A stretch of DNA of 55,186 nucleotides, taken from Candidatus Fermentibacteraceae bacterium (lineage in GTDB: Bacteria; Fermentibacterota; Fermentibacteria; Fermentibacterales; JCC-6). The first letter of the stretch is position 1. Each line of letters opens with the position of its first letter. Below are positions 27,515 through 33,787 of the stretch, piece after piece. A program made the position numbers and the translations under genes. The stretch covers positions 1 to 55,186 of the forward strand of contig JAUVIS010000001.1 of the NCBI GenBank assembly GCA_030592635.1, given 5' to 3'. The notes beneath the pieces are model-generated. The model was not told where the DNA came from and did no database searches. It saw only the letters and a program-made list of their open reading frames with translations.

Positions 27515-27595
27515 TGCATCAAGGATGTTACCCGACTGAACCAGAGAATCACCCCTGGAAAATGAAAGCAGAAAAAGAAAACAGAGTGTAGCCGT

Positions 27596-27991
27596 CTAGA
27601 ACCCTCCGAAATTCAGATTTCTTTCGGGCAGAACGCCGCGGTAGGTAACAGAGAATAAAGAATTCTCTGAAGGTCTCCAGTTCAACTGAAACCCTCCGAG
27701 TATCCGTCCTGTCTCCTCACCGCCGGAGAACATCATCAGCCGGGAATAACCCATTTCAACAACAGCATCAACATCCGGGTGCAGAGAGAATCTCATACTG
27801 CCCAGATAGGTTCCCTCTCCCGCAGAACCGTACTGCCCCGATGAGAAAGAGAAGCTTGCCATGCTGCTGAACTCCGGGCTGAAGCCCGAAGCGTAGTCCG
27901 GATAGCCCACCAGGCTGAAACCCGAAGGTTCAAGACCGAAAGCAGATGCTCCCAGAACAATTACAAACAAAACCAGAAAGCTGTTTTTCAT
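27596..27991 (-). CDS. Small secreted beta-rich protein (outer-membrane-protein-like, C-terminal Phe)
   Basis: Signal peptide MKNSFLVLFVIVLGASAFG. It has alternating hydrophobic beta-strand patterns and ends in ...NLNFGGF. Confidence 0.6.
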   Translation of the reverse strand: MKNSFLVLFVIVLGASAFGLEPSGFSLVGYPDYASGFSPEFSSMASFSFSSGQYGSAGEGTYLGSMRFSLHPDVDAVVEMGYSRLMMFSGGEETGRILGGFQLNWRPSENSLFSVTYRGVLPERNLNFGGF

Positions 27992-28042
27992 TGAAGGAAC
28001 CTCCCCGTTGTGTATGGTATATTACCTATACAAACCGGGACA

Positions 28043-28059
28043 GTCAATGTTCCATTGAC
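28043..28059 (+). promoter_or_regulatory. Perfect 7-3-7 palindrome immediately upstream of the RiPP operon SD (possible operator)
   Basis: GTCAATG-ttc-CATTGAC at 28043-28059, followed directly by GGGAG (28060-28064) and the ATG at 28070. Confidence 0.3.
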
Positions 28060-28069
28060 GGGAGCAGAC

Positions 28070-28324
28070 ATGGCAAAGCTTGAATATGCCAGAGGTGTGG
28101 TGTTCAGAAGAGAACCCGCAGGCGGCATTCTTTTTAACATCGATACAGGAAATCTCCAGGTAACCGAAGGAGTTGCCTTCGGCATCTGCGATATGATAGA
28201 CAACGGAAAAGACAGAGAAAGCATTCTTCTGGAATTGCGGAATCACTACCCGGCGGAAGAGAATCTGGAAGAAGATCTTGATGATTTTGTCAGAGAACTC
28301 AGGGAAAAAGGTGCTCTGGCTTGA
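28070..28324 (+). CDS. PqqD-family peptide-binding protein (RiPP recognition element)
   Basis: 84 aa. FRREPAGGILFNIDTGNLQVTEGVAFGICDMIDNGKDRESILLELRNHYP..EEDLDDFVRELREKGAL matches the PqqD pattern. The ATG follows a GGGAG SD. The stop overlaps the next start. Confidence 0.8.
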   Translation: MAKLEYARGVVFRREPAGGILFNIDTGNLQVTEGVAFGICDMIDNGKDRESILLELRNHYPAEENLEEDLDDFVRELREKGALA

Positions 28325-29370
28325 GTACTCCCTACTGGGTTTCTCCCCGGGAAGCCAACCTGCTTATTACAGGCGGGTGCAACCTTCGATGCAGACACTG
28401 CTCCGTGACCAGTCACGGTGACCTGGATACCGACCTTCCTCTTTCCATGTGGATAGATATCCTGGATGAACTCAAGAGGAGTAAGCTTATCAAACTCACC
28501 ATTACAGGCGGAGAACCCCTGTACAGACCGGATTTTCATGAGTTTCTAGCAGAGGTTTACAAAAGACCTTTCAGGTACTCTATCAATACCAATGGAACTC
28601 TGATAACACCGTCTATCATTGAAACGGTAAAAAAATATTCATCCAGACTCAATGATGTTATGGTCAGTCTTGATGGCCCCGATGCGAAGACCTTTGACAG
28701 TCAGAGGGGTGAAGGCGTTTTTGAGAAAATGGTTATGGGTGTAAAAATGCTCAAAACGGCAAAACTCCCCTTCGGCTTCTACTGTACGGTAACAAGTCTC
28801 AATGTGGAAAAACTGAACGAAACAGCCGGGTTCGCTCTTTCTCTTGGCGCCCACTGGATAAAATTCAACAATTTTCTCCTTGCGGGTCCAGCCCTCAACA
28901 GCTCTATGATTCCGGAGCCTGCCGAAGTCATTAATGCCACCGAAAAGCTCAGCATTCTCGCGGGAAAGCATCCGGACAAAATTCAGGGCACCATTCTTGA
29001 TATTCGTGAAAGAGCGCTTGAATACAAGAACGGCAAACTCAGCAGAACAAAGGGCAGAGCTTATTCATGCGGTGCCGGTAAAGGCAAAATTGCAATTTTC
29101 CCCGATGGAAGAGTCACTCCCTGCGACCATCTTCCTGATTTAACCCTGGGCAACATCACCATTCAGTCGCTTGAAGATATTGTCACGGGAAAAGAAATGA
29201 AAAAATTCTCAGAATTTATGGATCAGTCCCGAGAAGACTATCCTCAATGTAAAAACTGCCGGTACATCAGTTACTGCAGTGGAGGCTGTCCTGTTGAGCC
29301 ACTGAGCAGAAACGATAAAATCGGTTTTGACAGACACTCCTGCCTGAAAGTCGCACTGGGAGAACAATGA
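28321..29370 (+). CDS. Radical SAM/SPASM domain peptide maturase 1
   Basis: CNLRCRHC (CxxxCxxC) near the N-terminus and GGEPL. The C-terminal SPASM Cys set is SCGAGKGKIAIFPDGRVTPC ... CKNCRYISYCSGGCP ... HSC. TTG start with a 4-nt overlap with the PqqD-like gene. Confidence 0.9.
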   Translation: MSTPYWVSPREANLLITGGCNLRCRHCSVTSHGDLDTDLPLSMWIDILDELKRSKLIKLTITGGEPLYRPDFHEFLAEVYKRPFRYSINTNGTLITPSIIETVKKYSSRLNDVMVSLDGPDAKTFDSQRGEGVFEKMVMGVKMLKTAKLPFGFYCTVTSLNVEKLNETAGFALSLGAHWIKFNNFLLAGPALNSSMIPEPAEVINATEKLSILAGKHPDKIQGTILDIRERALEYKNGKLSRTKGRAYSCGAGKGKIAIFPDGRVTPCDHLPDLTLGNITIQSLEDIVTGKEMKKFSEFMDQSREDYPQCKNCRYISYCSGGCPVEPLSRNDKIGFDRHSCLKVALGEQ

Positions 29371-30404
29371 CATCACAACTTCCAACCCCGCGCGTTCTCT
29401 ATATCAATCCAGCCGACGGCTGTAATCTTCACTGCAAGCACTGCTGGGTGAATGAAGGCTCACGAACTGGAAAACTTCTCTCTCTGGAACAGTGGAAAGA
29501 TCTGCTTACTCAGGCAAAAGCACTGGGTGCCGGGTATGTAAAGCTCACTGGAGGAGAGCCCTTACTCTACAAAGATATCGTTCCTCTGTACCGATTCACC
29601 GCGGATATCTTTCCCCAGGTTGCCATTGAGACAAATGGAACACTTCAACCTGATGGCTTGTGGGAGACTTTCCTCAACAAGAAGCCGTTTCACGTATCAG
29701 TAAGCATTGACAGCGCCAACCCGGATATTCATGATGAATTCAGAGGGGGAACTGATGCCTGGAAAAAAACTGTAGCATTCGCAAAAAAACTGGTTGAACA
29801 CGGGATTAACAATCAGGTGATAATGTCAATAGCGGATTTAAGGAGACAACCTGTTAAAGATATGGCCAGGCTGGTTGAAAAGCTGGGAGTTTCCACGCTG
29901 AAAATTAATTTCATTATTCCGTCGGGCCGTGGAAAAAACAATAATTTTTCCCGGAACAGCCCTATCAAAGAAATTCTGGATTTTATAGCCTGGATCCATG
30001 AAGAGATGCCGGACTGGGTGCTGCCATCAGTTCCGGCCGCCCTTCTTCCTGTAAATCACCTGAAGAAACTTGGCTACTGTCCTGTGAGAAATCTCATGGG
30101 TGTTCTTCCCGATGGCATCTTTTCTCTATGCGGAGTAGCATTCTCAAGGAAAGATATGGCATGGGGAAAATTCCCGGAAACCTCTGTACAGGAAGCATGG
30201 GAAAACTCACCTGTTTACAGAATGATCAGGTCTTCTGTTCCCGGGCATCTTGAAGGGGTGTGCCGCAGGTGCATGCATAAAAACTCATGCGCGGGCAGAT
30301 GCGTGGTGAATAATCTGGAAACGGGTGGATCCATTACCAGCCCTGATATTCTCTGCCAGAGAGCATATGACGCCGGCCTTTTCCCGGAAACAAGGCTGCT
30401 GTGA
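29367..30404 (+). CDS. Radical SAM/SPASM domain peptide maturase 2
   Basis: CNLHCKHC cluster and GGEPL. C-terminal Cys-rich auxiliary-cluster region YCPVRN...LCGVAF...CRRCMHKNSCAGRC...LCQ. ATGA overlap with maturase 1. Confidence 0.9.
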   Translation: MTSQLPTPRVLYINPADGCNLHCKHCWVNEGSRTGKLLSLEQWKDLLTQAKALGAGYVKLTGGEPLLYKDIVPLYRFTADIFPQVAIETNGTLQPDGLWETFLNKKPFHVSVSIDSANPDIHDEFRGGTDAWKKTVAFAKKLVEHGINNQVIMSIADLRRQPVKDMARLVEKLGVSTLKINFIIPSGRGKNNNFSRNSPIKEILDFIAWIHEEMPDWVLPSVPAALLPVNHLKKLGYCPVRNLMGVLPDGIFSLCGVAFSRKDMAWGKFPETSVQEAWENSPVYRMIRSSVPGHLEGVCRRCMHKNSCAGRCVVNNLETGGSITSPDILCQRAYDAGLFPETRLL

Positions 30405-30934
30405 AAGAGGAGCAGAGATTCCTTTTCAGAGCGCAGACCAGAGCGGTTCTGCCACGGGGGGTAGTTCTCCACGGCTCCTCAGTTGAGCAGCATGGAAATG
30501 CTGTTGTTTTCCTGGCACCCTCCGGTGGAGGAAAATCCACTATCGCGATCAATCTGGCGCAAAAGGACTTTTTCCTTCTCGCGGATGACACGATCATTGT
30601 TGCCGACGGCAGTGATGAGATTACAAGATGTCTTCCCTGCGGGACTTTGAAACTCACAACCGGTATTGATAATATTCGCCCGGCAAACTTGAAAGCCTTC
30701 ATATTTCTTGAGAAGGGCGACCGGACTGCTCTTGTAAAACTGACCTGGGAATACGCCACATACAGGGCAATCAGAACAGAATCAATAATCGCTGTTCCTG
30801 ATCTGCATGTAAAGGAAAGGGAACAGGTAAGACTGTACCTTAAGAGGTTGTTCAAAGCATTTCCATCCTTCATCCTGAGATACTCCCTGAGAACTGACCC
30901 GTCAGAATTCATCAGGGAGTTATTGCAGAGTTGA
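30401..30934 (+). CDS. HPr kinase/phosphorylase-like P-loop protein (C-terminal-domain type)
   Basis: LHGSSVEQHGNAVVFLAPSGGGKSTIAINLAQKDFFLLADDTIIV parallels the HprK catalytic-domain pattern (LHG..V...G.GVL..G.SG.GKS..AL.L...GH.L.ADD). It overlaps the stop of maturase 2. Confidence 0.7.
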   Translation: MKEEQRFLFRAQTRAVLPRGVVLHGSSVEQHGNAVVFLAPSGGGKSTIAINLAQKDFFLLADDTIIVADGSDEITRCLPCGTLKLTTGIDNIRPANLKAFIFLEKGDRTALVKLTWEYATYRAIRTESIIAVPDLHVKEREQVRLYLKRLFKAFPSFILRYSLRTDPSEFIRELLQS

Positions 30935-30938
30935 TCTT

Positions 30939-31325
30939 TTGATCAGGGGGTGGGTAAAGGGTTTCTCCATGTTTCCGAATCTGATACCCGGTGACATTCT
31001 TTCCGCAACAGAAATCAAAGCTTTTGATCTTCGACCCGGCATGATAACAGTTTTCCGTGATGAGGATGGGAAAAACCCTGTTGTCCACAGGGTAAGATGT
31101 ATCAGGAACTTAAACAGTGAGCTGCTTATTGCAACAGCAGGAGACAACTCCGGAAATGATGCGCGTGTGAGAAGAATTGCTGTTGATTGTTCTGTTACTG
31201 TTGTGAGCGGGGTATTGAGGAAGGGAAGGTACAGAAAGATTACTCATTTTACTCCGGTAAGTCCGCTCAATCGAAGGCTCGTAATGCGGGTTTACCGTTT
31301 TGTTGTCAAATTTTTCTTCTGGTAG
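30939..31325 (+). CDS. S24/S26-family Ser peptidase, SipW/Sec11-like (S26B) motif set, no N-terminal membrane anchor
   Basis: GFSMFPNLIPGDIL (Ser box), VVHRV (His box) and TAGDNSGND (GDN box). The TTG start lies 4 nt after the previous stop, and the upstream frame has no alternative canonical start. Confidence 0.7.
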   Translation: MIRGWVKGFSMFPNLIPGDILSATEIKAFDLRPGMITVFRDEDGKNPVVHRVRCIRNLNSELLIATAGDNSGNDARVRRIAVDCSVTVVSGVLRKGRYRKITHFTPVSPLNRRLVMRVYRFVVKFFFW

Positions 31326-31350
31326 TATTATTGTGCGCGGAGGTAAAGTA

Positions 31351-31608
31351 ATGATTTTTTTTCCGAACGAATACGCAAAGCCCAGGCTGCTGGGCATTGT
31401 TGAAGCATCAGAATTCGGGTGGGGCGCTGTCTGTTCTATTGGCAATGATGCCGCTGGGGGTGGCAGCGTGTGCTCAACTGGTAATGGAGCCGGAAAAACC
31501 ACTCCAATCTGTGTTGGAGGCGGTTCCGCCGCAAAAGGCGATGTTTACCGCAGGACTTCCGATTCTGAAAGACTGTTTAATGTAGACGACATGAGTCACG
31601 GTCTTTAG
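31351..31608 (+). CDS. Candidate RiPP precursor peptide, copy 1 (85 aa, Cys/Gly-rich)
   Basis: GGAGG SD 7 nt before the ATG at 31351. The product is MIFFPNEYAKPRLLGIVEASEFGWGAVCSIGNDAAGGGSVCSTGNGAGKTTPICVGGGSAAKGDVYRRTSDSERLFNVDDMSHGL. Its substitution pattern against copy 2 is dominated by synonymous third-position changes in this frame. Confidence 0.7.
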   Translation: MIFFPNEYAKPRLLGIVEASEFGWGAVCSIGNDAAGGGSVCSTGNGAGKTTPICVGGGSAAKGDVYRRTSDSERLFNVDDMSHGL

Positions 31609-31778
31609 ATCGGGTTCTTCTCTTTAAAACAGCCAGAGCGCCCAGTCCGGGAAACACACTGAGCCGGGAGAGCTATTCTGCTCTTTACGGGAAGTGCCCG
31701 ATCAAAGCCGGGAGAACCATACCAACGAACATTATAGTGCGGATTTGCCGTTTCGTTGTCAAATTTCTCTTCCGGTAG
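31609..31778. pseudogene. Relics of both flanking genes between the two precursor copies
   Basis: 31609-31672 matches 32065-32128, the 3' end of the membrane gene. 31675-31720 matches 32565-32611, an internal piece of the same gene. About 31722-31778 matches 31268-31325, the 3' end of the peptidase gene including its TAG. Confidence 0.6.
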
Positions 31779-31803
31779 TATTATTGTTTGTGGAGGTACT
31801 GTA

Positions 31804-32064
31804 ATGAGTTTTTTCCCGGATAAATACACGAAACCTGAGTTGCTGAGCATTGTTGAGGCTTCAGAGTTCGGGTGGGGTGCTGTTTGTTCACTTGGCAATG
31901 ATGCCGCTGAGGGTGGCAGCGTGTGCTCAACTGGTAATGGAGCCGGAAAAACCACTCCAATTTGTCTTGGAGGCGGTTCGGCGTCGGGCAAAGGCGATGT
32001 TTACTACAGAACTGCCGATTCTGAAAGGCTGTTTAATGTGGACGACATGAGTCACGGTCTTTAG
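31804..32064 (+). CDS. Candidate RiPP precursor peptide, copy 2 (86 aa)
   Basis: GGAGG SD 7 nt before the ATG at 31804. The product is MSFFPDKYTKPELLSIVEASEFGWGAVCSLGNDAAEGGSVCSTGNGAGKTTPICLGGGSASGKGDVYYRTADSERLFNVDDMSHGL. Confidence 0.7.
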   Translation: MSFFPDKYTKPELLSIVEASEFGWGAVCSLGNDAAEGGSVCSTGNGAGKTTPICLGGGSASGKGDVYYRTADSERLFNVDDMSHGL

Positions 32065-32065
32065 A

Positions 32066-32983
32066 TCATGCTCTTTTCTTTAAAACAGCCAGTGCGCCCA
32101 GACCGAGAAATACACTGAACCAGAGAGTGGCGAACCTCATCAGCAGGGTTGTCACTGTTGCTGTGGCTGCCGGAAGGTAGTCGCATAATATCCCGTCGAT
32201 TGTCACTTCTGTTAATCCAAGTCCACCGGGTATCATTGATACCGCGCCTGCCACGCTGCCCGCGGCGTGTGATAAAAGGGCTGCGCCCGGTGGAAGGCTG
32301 TAACCCATGGAGGCTGCCACCACGCACAGTACAAGCGCCTCTATTCCCCATGATATCATGCCGATGGGTACAGATACCGCGAGACTCTCTGCGTCCAGGA
32401 GGGTCATTGCCGCGTTTCTGAAATCATCAAACAGGTGCTTTCTTTTCTCAAGGAATGGAATTTTGTGAGCTATCTTTGAGAAAAGGTTCCAGGCCCGTCT
32501 GTTCATAAGGACAAACATTGCCAGTGCGACAAATACCGCTCCGGCGGCAGCGGCTGGAAGAGCGATTCTGCTCTTTACGAGAAGTGCCCCGATCAAAGCC
32601 AGGAGTACCATGCTTATCAGGTCTGTAAGCCTCTCGGCGACCACAATGGAACTTGTTTTCTCGATTGGAATTCCCCTTCGGCTTTTAAGAAGACTGCATT
32701 TGATGAGTTCACCCATTTTACCGGGGGAAACAGTCATGGAAAAGCCCGCGATAAACACCAGGAAACTCTCCTTCAGCGGCACCTTCTCTTTTACTCTGTG
32801 AAGAAAGTACTGCCACTTGATAAACCTGATCCCGTAGTTGAGCAGTGGAAGGATAAGAAAAAACGGTATCCACTTCGGATTAATGGAGTCCGCTGCTGAA
32901 ATTACCTTCCGTATATCTGAGTGGAGTACAAGAACCGTGTAAAGGACAATGGCGATAACAATGCCCCATATGGCCTTCTTCAT
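32066..32983 (-). CDS. Polytopic membrane protein, UPF0104 / LPG-synthase-TM (flippase-like) family
   Basis: 305 aa with about 8 hydrophobic segments. The N-terminal pattern (KKAIWGIVIAIVLYTVLV...IRFIKWQYFL) and overall layout are recalled as typical of the flippase-like domain family. It is convergent with precursor copy 2, with 1 nt between the stops. Confidence 0.75.
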   Translation of the reverse strand: MKKAIWGIVIAIVLYTVLVLHSDIRKVISAADSINPKWIPFFLILPLLNYGIRFIKWQYFLHRVKEKVPLKESFLVFIAGFSMTVSPGKMGELIKCSLLKSRRGIPIEKTSSIVVAERLTDLISMVLLALIGALLVKSRIALPAAAAGAVFVALAMFVLMNRRAWNLFSKIAHKIPFLEKRKHLFDDFRNAAMTLLDAESLAVSVPIGMISWGIEALVLCVVAASMGYSLPPGAALLSHAAGSVAGAVSMIPGGLGLTEVTIDGILCDYLPAATATVTTLLMRFATLWFSVFLGLGALAVLKKRA

Positions 32984-32986
32984 AAC

Positions 32987-33787
32987 TCAGATCTTTACCT
33001 TTTCGCCGACTATCGCCAGGAGTTCCTGCTGAAGCTTCTCTGTGCCCGGCTGCTTGTCCAGCGTCTTCAGTGCCTTTGTTGCAAGTCTCTTTGCTTCACC
33101 GTTATCCTTGAGTTTAACTGAGCATCTTGCGGCAAGACCAAAAGCCTGGGCTTTGCCCATTCTGGTTATTGGAGTATCAGGAAGCAACTCTGCCGAAGTC
33201 ATGGCACTGGCTCTGGCTCTGGAATACTCTTTACGCTTCATGTGAAGCATGGCAAGGTTGAGATAGACCCCGCTTTTCCCGGCGCCCTCTCGCTGTTCAA
33301 GAGCTTCCTCCAGAAGTTGTTCCGCCTCATCAAGCCTCTCATTCATATTGATGAGAAGACCGGCGAGATTGACCTTCATTGTTCCTTCAAGCTTCGGATC
33401 TTTTTCCATGGCCTGTCTGTAAAACTTTTCCGCGTTTTCGTTCTGCCCTTTCTGCTGGGCAATGTAAGCCATCTGAGCCAGTGCGGTTCCGCTGCTGTCT
33501 CCGGCATCCATGGCTTCCACAACAATCTTCCCGGCTTTCTCTGTCGCTCCGCTTCGAATAAAGTAGAAAACCAGAGCATTGGTCAACGGGCAGGCAACAC
33601 TCTTCCTGTTCCTGTTCACCTCAAGATAGTCTATCATGTCCTGAACATTTCCCCCGGCAGCCATTTTAGCCGCTTTCTGAAGCTGTCTCTGTTTCCAGAC
33701 GGGAGATTTAAGCAGTCTGTATCCGAGAAAAACTGCTGCTGCCAGGCAGACCCCGACTACCGCAAAAAGAAGATTTTCCATTCCCAT
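32987..33787 (-). CDS. Membrane-anchored TPR repeat protein
   Basis: N-terminal TM segment (LLFAVVGVCLAAAVFLGY) followed by TPR-like repeats (AQMAYIAQQKGQNENAEKFYRQAMEKDP...). Confidence 0.75.
   Translation of the reverse strand: MGMENLLFAVVGVCLAAAVFLGYRLLKSPVWKQRQLQKAAKMAAGGNVQDMIDYLEVNRNRKSVACPLTNALVFYFIRSGATEKAGKIVVEAMDAGDSSGTALAQMAYIAQQKGQNENAEKFYRQAMEKDPKLEGTMKVNLAGLLINMNERLDEAEQLLEEALEQREGAGKSGVYLNLAMLHMKRKEYSRARASAMTSAELLPDTPITRMGKAQAFGLAARCSVKLKDNGEAKRLATKALKTLDKQPGTEKLQQELLAIVGEKVKI

Larger units (their letters stand above)
31268..32128 (+). repeat. Tandem segmental duplication, period about 453-456 bp (peptidase 3' end + precursor + membrane-gene 3' end)
   Basis: The peptidase TAG (31323) and its relic TAG (31776) are offset by 453. 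The precursor ATGs (31351 and 31804) are offset by 453. The precursor stops are offset by 456, reflecting one extra codon. Confidence 0.75.

Noticed and set aside
28010-28069. 20-codon 5' extension of the PqqD-like ORF
   Set aside because: The extension covers the palindrome and the putative promoter region. The ATG at 28070 has a proper GGGAG SD, and an 84-aa product is the normal PqqD size.
31300-31350. Longer 102-aa versions of the precursor ORFs (starts at 31300 and 31756)
   Set aside because: The extensions overlap the peptidase 3' end or its relic and lack an SD. The internal ATGs at 31351 and 31804 each sit 7 nt after GGAGG.
31110-31991. Two similar minus-strand ORFs (31110..31502 and 31605..31991, 130 and 128 aa) opposite the precursor genes
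   Set aside because: They resemble each other only because the DNA is duplicated. Differences between the copies fall mostly on third positions of the plus-strand frame, both plus-strand ORFs have GGAGG-N7-ATG, and the minus-strand ORFs run across relic and intergenic DNA.
31397-32050. Alternative-frame small ORFs 31397..31585 and 31850..32050 (62 and 66 aa)
   Set aside because: They are out of frame with the selection signal. Changes that are synonymous in the precursor frame become replacements here, and there is no SD.
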